From the NCBI GenBank assembly GCA_002696205.1, contig NZRL01000014.1:290-64289 (forward strand): a DNA stretch of 64,000 nt, written 5' to 3'. The notes beneath the pieces are model-generated. The model was given only the letters and a program-made list of their open reading frames with translations. It had not been told where the DNA came from and did no database searches. Position 1 is the stretch's first letter, and every line of letters starts with the position of its first letter. Origin of the DNA: Rhodospirillaceae bacterium. Lineage in GTDB: Bacteria; Pseudomonadota; Alphaproteobacteria; Rhodospirillales; Casp-alpha2. A program made the position numbers and the translations under genes. Of the stretch, positions 9,117-17,641 are shown one piece after another.

Positions 9117-9820
9117 GTGAAAATGCCCTCCAGTTCCCAAGGGAAACGGATGCCATTTCCAGCGACACCGCAAATGTGCCGCTCGGAGAGGCCGCGCACG
9201 TGCTCCCTGTACTCCGCAAATGCACTTTGCTCAGCGTCTGTAGCAAGATGCAGGTTAGCCTCGATTATGGACTGAATAAGATAGTGATTGGGCAAAATAA
9301 CGCCTCTGACCCTTTGTAACCAGATTTGAACGGCCTGAGATTCTGGATCGTACTCAAAAGCTGTGCCGTCGACTGGCGCGAATTTTTCCCAGATGGCCTT
9401 GTTCTCAGCCATTCGCGAAGCCACGGCCTTCCTGGCATCATCGCGGCTGTCATAGGCCTTGATTCCCTGACGATGGGCTAAGTTTGTCAGATGAGTCTGC
9501 TTCCAACTAAGCAGCAAATTACGGGAATAGGCGCCAGGGTCTTTGTCAATGATGGTATGGCAGGTTGGACACAATAAGATCAGATTATCAAAGGTATTCG
9601 GATCGAAGTCCTCTTCCGGTCTCTCTTCATGGCGGGGCCCTCTCAGCCCGCGCGGAATTACGTGTGCCATCTCGGCAATATGTTTGTCGCCGCCCATTTC
9701 TTGGGGAAAAAGGGCCTCTAGGCACTCAGGCCTCTGACAATGGCCCGCGGAGGCTGAAAATAAGCGGAGTTTGGTTTCCGCTGATATGTTCTTATGTTCC
9801 GCCATCGTTCGGTATTGCAT
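9113..9820 (-). CDS. HNH endonuclease with unknown C-terminal helical domain
   Basis: LFSASAGHCQRPEC...EMAHVIP..LRGPRH...DNLILLCPTCHTIIDK...Y....L..WK..H is a Zn-binding HNH domain of the type seen in defence effectors. Start may be 9805. Confidence 0.85.
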   Translation of the reverse strand: MQYRTMAEHKNISAETKLRLFSASAGHCQRPECLEALFPQEMGGDKHIAEMAHVIPRGLRGPRHEERPEEDFDPNTFDNLILLCPTCHTIIDKDPGAYSRNLLLSWKQTHLTNLAHRQGIKAYDSRDDARKAVASRMAENKAIWEKFAPVDGTAFEYDPESQAVQIWLQRVRGVILPNHYLIQSIIEANLHLATDAEQSAFAEYREHVRGLSERHICGVAGNGIRFPWELEGIFT

Positions 9821-10073
9821 TAAATGTTATAGCACTCAACCTTTTACGCGCCGGGTTTATCTTCTGGCGCTTTGTGCGCTTTTTCGACTGGAATAGTCTC
9901 GAATAACGCAACTGGTATATGTCGTAGCCTACTTTCAATGCTCCTCCTACCATGCCGAATAATCTGAACTGGCAGAGGGACCGGAAGCTTGTCGGCTAAT
10001 GGCTAAAAGCCGCCGACCTGCACGTTCATTGTCCTCGACCGCTTTCGGGTGAACTTGGCCCCGCCGAAGGGCT

Positions 10074-10955
10074 ATGATCGCGTCGATGACCGAGACCGTC
10101 ACCATCTTCGAAGTCGGGCCGCGCGACGGCCTGCAGAATGAAAAGCGCCTGATCCCGGCGGCGGACAAGGTGCGGCTGATCGACCTGTTGTCGGAGAGCG
10201 GCCTGACGCGGATCGAGGCGACCAGTTTCGTTTCGCCCAAATGGGTGCCGCAGATGGCCGACGCGGCCGAGGTCATGGCCGCCATCGCCCGCAAGCCGGG
10301 CGTCGTCTATTCAGCCCTGACCCCCAACCTTCGGGGATACGAGGCCGCCCGCGCCGCCGGAATGGACGAGGTCGCGGTCTTCGCCGCCGCCTCCGAGGAC
10401 TTCAGCCGGAAGAACATCAACTGCACCATCGCCGAAAGCCTGGAGCGGTTTCGCCCGCTGCTGGATGCGGCCAAGGCCGACGGGATGCCGGTGCGGGGAT
10501 ACGTGTCCTGCGTCACTGGCTGCCCCTATTCGGGTGCCGTCGAACCGGACGCCGTGGCGCGGGTGACGGCGGCGCTGCTGGACATGGGCTGTTACGAGGT
10601 CTCGCTCGGCGACACCATCGGCAAGGCGACGCCGGAGACCACGGCGCAGATGCTGGCCGCCGTTCTGAAGATCGCCGACGCCGGGCGTCTGGCCGGGCAT
10701 TTTCACGACACGGGCGGGCGGGCGTTGGACAATATCGGCGTCAGCCTGGAAGCGGGGCTTCGGACCTTCGACAGCGCCGTCGGCGGGCTGGGCGGCTGTC
10801 CCTATGCGCCGGGGGCCAAGGGCAACGTGGCGACCGGCCGGGTCGTCGAATACCTGGCATCAGCGGGCTATGCGACCGGCGTCGACGCCGCCGCCCTGGG
10901 CCGGGCGGAATCGTTCGTCGGCGGGCTTGCCTTGGGTGAAGACGCGCGGGCCTGA
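10074..10955 (+). CDS. hmgL: hydroxymethylglutaryl-CoA lyase
   Basis: EVGPRDGLQNE, SFVSPKWVPQMAD, HFHDT and GLGGCPYAPGAKGN. Confidence 0.93.
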   Translation: MIASMTETVTIFEVGPRDGLQNEKRLIPAADKVRLIDLLSESGLTRIEATSFVSPKWVPQMADAAEVMAAIARKPGVVYSALTPNLRGYEAARAAGMDEVAVFAAASEDFSRKNINCTIAESLERFRPLLDAAKADGMPVRGYVSCVTGCPYSGAVEPDAVARVTAALLDMGCYEVSLGDTIGKATPETTAQMLAAVLKIADAGRLAGHFHDTGGRALDNIGVSLEAGLRTFDSAVGGLGGCPYAPGAKGNVATGRVVEYLASAGYATGVDAAALGRAESFVGGLALGEDARA

Positions 10956-11095
10956 GGCATCGCGCGGGACATGCGAAACTGGACCGGCGCGCCATTCCGC
11001 TTTATGCGCTAGTATCAATACAAAGACCGACACCGAACCGCGCAAAAGAACGCGGCCGACAACAAGCCGACCTTGCTTCTTGAGGGATTTCGCCG

Positions 11096-12496
11096 GTGAC
11101 CAACCGCCAGTTGATTGCGCTATATGCCGCGACGGTGTTTACCGTGTTCGCGCTCGCCTGGGCGTTGGAATTCGCGTTGGAAACCCCGGTCCAGGCGTTC
11201 CTGTTTCCCGACAATGCGTCCCATTCCCACGATGACCTTTGGACGCATGTCATCATGTCGACCGCCTTCGCCGTCTTCGCCTTGAGCGTGCCCGCCGTCG
11301 TGATCGGCATTATTCTCAGGAAGCAGCGCGTGACCGAGGCCGCCTATCGGCGGTCGGAGGGCATTCTGCGGGCCTTCATCGACCATGCGCCGGCGCTGGT
11401 CGCCCTGAAGCACGCCGACGGCCGCTATTTGTTGATGAACAAGGAATACACGAACCAGCTCGGCTTCGATGCCAGCGACACGGAGGGCAAGAGTGCGAGC
11501 AGCGTCTTTCCCTCGGACCTGGCCGACGAATTCGCCGCCCAGGAACGCAAGGCCATCGAGACCGGCAGCGACGTGACCGAAGAACACGTCATCCCCCACA
11601 AGGACGGCGATCACGTGCACCTCTGCACCAAATTCCCGGTTTTCGGTCCGGACGGCGCGGTCATCGGCATCGGGACGTTCTCCACGGACATCACCGATCA
11701 GAAAGATACGGAAACGCGGGTCAACGCGGCGCTGATGGACGCTGAACAGGCCAACCGGGCGAAGTCCCTGTTCCTCGCCAACATGAGCCACGAATTGCGC
11801 ACGCCGCTGAATTCCATCATCGGCTTTTCCCAGGTTCTGACGATCCCGCAACCGATGGGCCCATCGCCGGAAAAACAGATCGAATACGCCCGCGATATCC
11901 AGGGATCGGCGGAACACCTGCTGAAACTGATCAACGACCTGCTCGACCTCAGCAAGATCGAGGCCGGACAGATCGCCCTGAACGAAAGCCGCATCGACCT
12001 GGGCGATCTGTTGGAACAATCCTGCCGCCTGATCCGGCCGCAGGCGGAAACGAAAGGCGTCGCCGTCACGTTTACGAAAGACGGCGTCCTGCCGCCGCTT
12101 CTGGCGGATTCCCGCCATCTGACGCAGGTCTTCCTGAACCTTTTGTCGAACGCGGTGAAGTTCAACCGGCCCGGCGGGAATGTCACGGTCACGGCGGGGC
12201 GGAACGACGCCGGCGCCGTCGTGGTCGCCATCGCCGATACCGGCATCGGCATCGCGCCGGAGGATATGGACCTGGTGCTGGAGCCCTTCGGTCAGGCCGG
12301 CACGGCCCCCCTGCGCGCCCACTCGGGCGGCACCGGGTTGGGGCTCTCCGTGTCCAAGGAATTGATCGAACTGCACGACGGGACCCTGACCCTGGACAGC
12401 ACGCCGGGCGTGGGCACGACGGTGACCGTGACCTTCCCGCCGGCCCGTTGCGCCGCCACCGGCGCCACGCCCCCCGGATCCGCCACCCCGGCTTGA
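11096..12496 (+). CDS. membrane-anchored PAS-domain sensor histidine kinase
   Basis: Two TM segments, PAS, H-box FLANMSHELRTPLN, N-box NLLSNAVKF, G-boxes DTGIGI and GTGLGL. Confidence 0.9.
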   Translation: MTNRQLIALYAATVFTVFALAWALEFALETPVQAFLFPDNASHSHDDLWTHVIMSTAFAVFALSVPAVVIGIILRKQRVTEAAYRRSEGILRAFIDHAPALVALKHADGRYLLMNKEYTNQLGFDASDTEGKSASSVFPSDLADEFAAQERKAIETGSDVTEEHVIPHKDGDHVHLCTKFPVFGPDGAVIGIGTFSTDITDQKDTETRVNAALMDAEQANRAKSLFLANMSHELRTPLNSIIGFSQVLTIPQPMGPSPEKQIEYARDIQGSAEHLLKLINDLLDLSKIEAGQIALNESRIDLGDLLEQSCRLIRPQAETKGVAVTFTKDGVLPPLLADSRHLTQVFLNLLSNAVKFNRPGGNVTVTAGRNDAGAVVVAIADTGIGIAPEDMDLVLEPFGQAGTAPLRAHSGGTGLGLSVSKELIELHDGTLTLDSTPGVGTTVTVTFPPARCAATGATPPGSATPA

Positions 12497-12576
12497 CCTC
12501 GCGGTCTCAGGCCTTAGTCTGACCGGCAATCACATCCAATCATCCAGGCCCGATGATCCATCGGGGGGGAGGAACC

Positions 12577-13467
12577 ATGACGCAGATCAACATTCAATTC
12601 ACGCTGTTCTCGGCGTTCTATTCGCCGCTGATTTCCACCATGTCCGGCGGATTCCTCGAGGCCGAGGGGCTGGAGCCCAATTGGTCCGTCTCGCCCCCGG
12701 GCAAGTCGGCGATCGAGGCCCTGCTCGACGGCTCGGCCCATGTCGTGCAATCGGCGCTCAGCCAGGGCTTCACCGTGCTCGGCAAGGGCGAGACGCCCAA
12801 GGTCAAGCATTTCGCCCAGATCAACGAAATGGACGGCTTCTTCATCACCGGGCGCGAACCGGACCCGAACTTCACCTGGGACAAGCTGGAAGGATCGGAC
12901 CTGGTCTGCTTCGCCGGCGGCCAGCCGCGCGCCATGTTCGTCTATGCCTGCCACAAGGCCGGGATCGATTTCGACAAGATCAACGCGATCTGCCCGGGCG
13001 GCGCCGCCGATATCGACAAGGCCTTCCGCGACGGCCAGGGCCAATACGTGCAGCAGCAGGGCCCGTTCCCGCAGCAGCTGGAAAAGGACGGCGTCGGCCA
13101 TGTCGTCGCCCAGGTCGGCCCGATGATCGGCCCGAACGGTTTTTCGTCCCTTTGCGCGACGCCGGAATGGCTGGAAACCGACATGGCGAAGGCCTTCATG
13201 CGGGCCTACAAGAAAACCCGCATCTACATGAACGAGACGCCCGCCGCCGAAATCGCCAAGGCGGAAAAGCCGTATTTCCCGAACATCGACGAAGACGTCC
13301 TGGCCGATACCATCGCGACCTATCAGAAGCTCGGCACCTGGACGCCGCATGTCGAAATCACCAAGGAAGCCTATGAGGTGACCATGGACGTGTTCGAACA
13401 TTTCGGCACGCTGAAGGAACGCTATCCCTACGAAGCCGTCTGCTGCCTGCCGCCGTCGACCGAATAA
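12577..13467 (+). CDS. NMT1/SsuA-like substrate-binding-fold protein
   Basis: SAFYSP...GFLEAEGLE pattern, and a strong GGAGG RBS before ATG 12577. No signal peptide evident. Confidence 0.7.
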   Translation: MTQINIQFTLFSAFYSPLISTMSGGFLEAEGLEPNWSVSPPGKSAIEALLDGSAHVVQSALSQGFTVLGKGETPKVKHFAQINEMDGFFITGREPDPNFTWDKLEGSDLVCFAGGQPRAMFVYACHKAGIDFDKINAICPGGAADIDKAFRDGQGQYVQQQGPFPQQLEKDGVGHVVAQVGPMIGPNGFSSLCATPEWLETDMAKAFMRAYKKTRIYMNETPAAEIAKAEKPYFPNIDEDVLADTIATYQKLGTWTPHVEITKEAYEVTMDVFEHFGTLKERYPYEAVCCLPPSTE

Positions 13468-13613
13468 TGGCGACGGATTGACAGCGGAGCTTCGGCGGCC
13501 ACGCGCGATTGCCCGCGCCGCCGAAATAGGACACAACTTCGGATCAGGGGCCGGGGCGCCGCCGCGGCCCCTTTTCCGTGCCGAATGCCAAGCCGAACGG
13601 TGAAGACCTATCC

Positions 13614-14816
13614 ATGCTTCTGAACATCGCCATCCTGATCACCCTGCTTTGCGTGCTGATGATCCTGTGGTCGCGGCGGGTGCACGGGCATCGGACCTGG
13701 CGGGCGATGACGACGCCGCTGGCCTCGATCATCGGCTCGGGCTTTCTCGTCCTCGGCCCGATCCTGGAAAACGCTTACGGCGAATACGCGCCTTTGGCCA
13801 TGGCCGGGTTGTGCGCGCTGGCCTATCTGTTCGGTTCGGCGATCCGCTACAACATGGCGGCGATCGAGCGCACGGGCGGCGACCGGGGGACGACCGTGCG
13901 CGGCCTGGAAACGGCGGCGTCCTGGGCGCTCGGCTTCGCCTATATCATTTCGGTTGCCTATTACCTGAACCTGTTCGGCGCCTTCGGCGTCAGCATGGCG
14001 CCCGTTCATGTGCCCAACGACGCCAAGCTGCTGACCACGGCGATCTTCGGGATCATCCTGTTTGTCGGCTGGACCCGCGGCTTCCGCATGCTGGAAAACC
14101 TGGAATACGTCTCGGTCGCGGCTAAGCTCGCGATCATCGCCGGTTTTCTGATGGGGCTCGGGTTCTTCGTGTTCGGACGCCTGACCGATGGCGGCCTGAC
14201 GTTCACCGCCCCCAGCGTCGGCGCCTGGGAAGGCCTGGTCCTGGGCTTTGGCTTGATCGTCACGGTCCAGGGGTTCGAAACCTCGCGCTACCTGGGCGAT
14301 GAATACGACACACGCACCCGCATCCGGTCCATGCAATGGGCGCAATGGCTGTCGGCGGCGATCTACGTCGTCTATATCGTCCTGCTGGCCTACAGCTTCG
14401 GCGACACCAAGGTCGCGTTCAGCGAGACCGCGATCATCGACATGATGCATCTGGTCGCACCCATCCTGCCCGCCCTTCTGGTCGCGGCTGCCCTGGCCGC
14501 ACAGTTCAGCGCCGCCGTCGCCGATACCAGCGGCTCCGGCGGCCTGTTCGCCGATTTGACCAAGGGCCGCGTGTCGCCCCGCCAGGCCTATGCCCTGCTG
14601 GCCGTCGTCGGCCTGGCCCTGACCTGGACCGTCAACGTGTTCGAGATCATCTCCTTCGCGTCCCGCGCCTTCGCCGGGTACTACGCCCTGCAGGCGGCGA
14701 TCGCCGCCGTCACCGCCTGGCAAACGGGGGACCGGGCCTGGCGGCCGGTGCTGTTCGGAGCGTTGGCACTGCTCGGGCTTGCGATCCTGATATTCGGGCA
14801 GCCGGTCGAAGGCTAG
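13614..14816 (+). CDS. APC-superfamily-like membrane permease
   Basis: Multiple hydrophobic segments, TPLASIIGSGFL and QGFETSRYLG motifs. Confidence 0.7.
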   Translation: MLLNIAILITLLCVLMILWSRRVHGHRTWRAMTTPLASIIGSGFLVLGPILENAYGEYAPLAMAGLCALAYLFGSAIRYNMAAIERTGGDRGTTVRGLETAASWALGFAYIISVAYYLNLFGAFGVSMAPVHVPNDAKLLTTAIFGIILFVGWTRGFRMLENLEYVSVAAKLAIIAGFLMGLGFFVFGRLTDGGLTFTAPSVGAWEGLVLGFGLIVTVQGFETSRYLGDEYDTRTRIRSMQWAQWLSAAIYVVYIVLLAYSFGDTKVAFSETAIIDMMHLVAPILPALLVAAALAAQFSAAVADTSGSGGLFADLTKGRVSPRQAYALLAVVGLALTWTVNVFEIISFASRAFAGYYALQAAIAAVTAWQTGDRAWRPVLFGALALLGLAILIFGQPVEG

Positions 14817-14968
14817 CAAAACCCACGCGAAGCGACGGTCGTTTTGCGGCAAACCAATACAAATCCAGAAAACCCGAGCGGCCCGCCGGCACGCGCGACG
14901 ACCGGCCCGGCCATTCCCATCGCGCTTGCTCTTGCCTCAACCAATCACTTCCGCAACACTCCCTGCCC

Positions 14969-15880
14969 ATGACCGAATATATGACCACCAAGGAACTCGC
15001 GGATTTCCTGCGTATCAAGCAGCGAAAAGTCTATGACCTCGCCGCCACGGGTAACATTCCCTGCTCTCGCGCCATGGGAAAATTGCTGTTTCCCCGCGCC
15101 GAGATCGAAGCCTGGGTCGCCCGCGGCATGACCGCCGGCGGCATGGCCGAAAGCGTCCCGGCGGGCTTTGCCGCCCCGGCCCGCAATCGGCCGGGCGTCT
15201 TCCTGGGCTCCCACGACCCCTTGCTCGACTGGGCGCTGCGGCAATCGCGCTGCGGCCTCGCAACCTTCTTCGACGGCTCGCTCGACGGGCTCGACCGCTA
15301 CGCCGCGGGCGAAGGCTTGGCGACGGGCCTGCACATCTTCGATACCGACGCGGCGGACGCGGCGGCCTGGAACGTCGGCACCGTCACCGGCCGGTTTTCC
15401 GACGAGCCTTGCGTCCTGGTCGAATTCGCCACGCGGGAACGGGGCCTGATCATGGCTCCGGACCGGGCCGGGGCGATCAACGGGATCGGCGACCTGCGCG
15501 GGCGCCTGATCGTGCCGCGCCAGGCCGAGGCCGGATCGCAGGCGCTGCTCGATCATCTGCTGGCCGAGGCCGGATTGGGCGACGGCGACTATGTGATGAC
15601 CGAAGCCGCGCGCACGGAAACCGACGCCGCCCAGGTCATCGCCGACGGTCTGGGCGAGGTCGCGTTGGGTCTGCGCGTCGCGGCGGATCAATTCAAACTC
15701 GCCTTCAAACCGGTTATGCGCGAACGCTTCGACCTGCTGATCGACCGCAAAGCCTGGTTCGAACCGCCGATGCAGACGCTGCTCGCGTTCTGCCGTTCGG
15801 ACGCCTTCCGCGCCAAAGCCGAAGCCATGGGCGGCTACGACGTTTCCGGCCTGGGCACGGTTCACTTCAACGGCGCCTGA
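14969..15880 (+). CDS. excisionase-type HTH plus periplasmic-binding-protein-like domain regulator (molybdate/tungstate-responsive type)
   Basis: N-terminal MTTKELADFLRIKQRKVYDL..GNIPC...GKLLFP, then GSHDPLL, GSLDGL, RQAEAGS and GGYD. Lies near tupABC. Confidence 0.8.
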   Translation: MTEYMTTKELADFLRIKQRKVYDLAATGNIPCSRAMGKLLFPRAEIEAWVARGMTAGGMAESVPAGFAAPARNRPGVFLGSHDPLLDWALRQSRCGLATFFDGSLDGLDRYAAGEGLATGLHIFDTDAADAAAWNVGTVTGRFSDEPCVLVEFATRERGLIMAPDRAGAINGIGDLRGRLIVPRQAEAGSQALLDHLLAEAGLGDGDYVMTEAARTETDAAQVIADGLGEVALGLRVAADQFKLAFKPVMRERFDLLIDRKAWFEPPMQTLLAFCRSDAFRAKAEAMGGYDVSGLGTVHFNGA

Positions 15881-15968
15881 TCCGACACGCTCTCACGCCT
15901 TCCCCAACCGTGCCATCGGCACCGTTTTGCGCCATACTGATCCCGCCAATCACGTTCGGGAGGGACCA

Positions 15969-16667
15969 ATGGCTCAGCAATACCATCTCGTCAGTTCCGT
16001 CACCTGCCCCTGGGTGCAGCGCTCCGTCATCGTCATGCGCGCGAAGGGGGTCGACTTCGACGTCACCTATATCAACCTTCGGGAAAAGCCCGACTGGTTC
16101 TTGAAGATCTCGCCCCACGGCAAGGTGCCGGTACTGAAACTGGCCGACGGCACGGCGTTGTTCGAATCCAATGCCATCGCCGAATACCTGGATGAAGTCA
16201 TCGCCCCGCAACTGCACCCGGCCGATCCGGTGCTGCGCGCCAAGAACCGCGCCTGGACCGATTTCCTGCCGACCTTCGCCTGGGGCCCGGGGATCAACAA
16301 CGTCTCCTACGCCAAGGACCGGGAAACCCTGGACGCCGCGATGGAGACGGCGAAGGGCCGCGTCAAACCGCTGGAAGAGGCATTGGCCCAGCGCGGCAAT
16401 GACGGCCCCTATTTCAACGGCCCGGAGCTCAGTTTGGTCGATTGCGCCTATGGCCCGTTCTTCCAGCGCTTCATGATCGCCGAACGCCATCTGCAATCGG
16501 GCCTGCTCGACGCCTTCCCCTTGGTCAAGGCCTGGGCCGAGACACTCCTCGCCGACGACCGCATCACCGGCGCCGTGCCAGACAACTTCGCCGAGGAATT
16601 CGATAAGAACCTGGAACGCCGGGGGGCGCTCGCCTTCGAAATCATGTCGAAGGCGGCGGCTGAATAG
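15969..16667 (+). CDS. glutathione S-transferase family protein
   Basis: CPWVQR, KPDWFLKISPHGKVPVL, FESNAIAEYLDE and SLVD. Confidence 0.9.
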   Translation: MAQQYHLVSSVTCPWVQRSVIVMRAKGVDFDVTYINLREKPDWFLKISPHGKVPVLKLADGTALFESNAIAEYLDEVIAPQLHPADPVLRAKNRAWTDFLPTFAWGPGINNVSYAKDRETLDAAMETAKGRVKPLEEALAQRGNDGPYFNGPELSLVDCAYGPFFQRFMIAERHLQSGLLDAFPLVKAWAETLLADDRITGAVPDNFAEEFDKNLERRGALAFEIMSKAAAE

Positions 16668-16691
16668 TTCCCATCGCCGGATATGCATAAG

Positions 16692-16724
16692 AAAAAGGGG
16701 CGGCCCCCAGGGACCGCCCCTTTC
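16692..16724. terminator. probable bidirectional rho-independent terminator
   Basis: AAAGGGGCGG...CCGCCCCTTT stem between the convergent GST and tupA genes. Confidence 0.75.
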
Positions 16725-16746
16725 GGTTGCTCGGCTTGCGCCGGAA

Positions 16747-17583
16747 TTACATCATCTTGCCGTTCGGGAAGAACAGCTGCAGGCCCTTCAGTTTGTAGGA
16801 CGCGATGGTTTCCTGGCCGTCCTTGGACAGCAGCCAGTCGATGAAGGCCTGGCCTTCCTTGACCTTCACCTTGGGGCATTTCTTCGGATTGACCAGGATC
16901 ACGCCGTACTGGTTGAACAGCTGCTTGTCGCCTTCGACCTGGATCTTGTAGTCGCCTTTGTTCTTGAAGCTGATCCAGGTGGCGCGGTCAGTCATGACGT
17001 AGGCGCCCATGCCGACACCGGCGTTAAGCGTGGCGCCCATGCCCGAGCCGGTCTCGCGGTACCATTTACCGCTGGCCTTGGTCGGGTCGATCCCGGCGGC
17101 CTTCCACAGGTGCTTTTCCTTCTTATGGGTGCCGGAGTTGTCGCCGCGGGACGCAAAGGCCGCTTCGGATTTGGCGATCATGGAAAGCGCCTTGGGCCCG
17201 TCCTTCATGCCACCGACCTTGGCCGGATCGGCGGGCGGGCCGACGATGATGAAGTCGTTGTACATCAGGTCCGACCGCTTCACGCCGTAACCGTCGGCAA
17301 CGAACTTTTCCTCGGCCGGCTTGGCATGGACCAACAGCACGTCGCCGTCGCAGTTCTTGGCGTTCTTGATCGCCTGGCCGGTGCCGACGGCGACCACGTT
17401 GACCTTGTTGCCGGTCTTCTTTTCGTAGATCGGCAGCATGTAGTCATAGAGGCCCGAGTTCTGGGTCGAGGTCGTCGACTGCACGATGATGGCGTCGGCC
17501 TGGGCGGTGCCGGGCATGGCCACGGCAGCGCCGAGGATCAGGCCGGCGGCGGCGCCGAGGGTCAGGGTCTTGAGATGTTTCAT
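16747..17583 (-). CDS. tupA: tungstate ABC transporter substrate-binding protein
   Basis: Signal peptide, STTSTQNSGL, VGTGQA, SRGDNSGTH, GMGATL and DRATW are TupA signatures. Confidence 0.9.
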   Translation of the reverse strand: MKHLKTLTLGAAAGLILGAAVAMPGTAQADAIIVQSTTSTQNSGLYDYMLPIYEKKTGNKVNVVAVGTGQAIKNAKNCDGDVLLVHAKPAEEKFVADGYGVKRSDLMYNDFIIVGPPADPAKVGGMKDGPKALSMIAKSEAAFASRGDNSGTHKKEKHLWKAAGIDPTKASGKWYRETGSGMGATLNAGVGMGAYVMTDRATWISFKNKGDYKIQVEGDKQLFNQYGVILVNPKKCPKVKVKEGQAFIDWLLSKDGQETIASYKLKGLQLFFPNGKMM

Positions 17584-17641
17584 AGGGGCTCTCCCTTGGG
17601 TTGGTTTCTGGTCGTCTCGTTATTGCTGGTCGGTCGGCCGG

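Larger units (their letters stand above)
8057..9990. mobile_element. low-GC horizontally acquired islet (no integrase or transposase)
   Basis: Sampled 60-nt lines at 8101 and 9301 are 38% and 48% GC, against roughly mid-60s in the flanks. Contains three foreign-looking genes. Boundaries approximate. Confidence 0.7.

Noticed and set aside
8185-9820. Calling the islet CBASS or a HEPN-MNT toxin-antitoxin pair
   Set aside because: The NTase is about 108 aa, too small for a CD-NTase, and no SAVED or HEPN partner is recognisable.
9792-9953. 53-aa minus-strand ORF (MVGGALKVGYDIYQLR...) upstream of the HNH gene as a fourth island gene
   Set aside because: It overlaps the HNH start, has no recognisable motif and no convincing RBS spacing. 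It may be a gene remnant or chance.
14969-15120. Excisionase indicating a prophage or integrative element
   Set aside because: The HTH is fused to a PBP-like domain as in known transcription regulators, and no integrase or phage genes are nearby.
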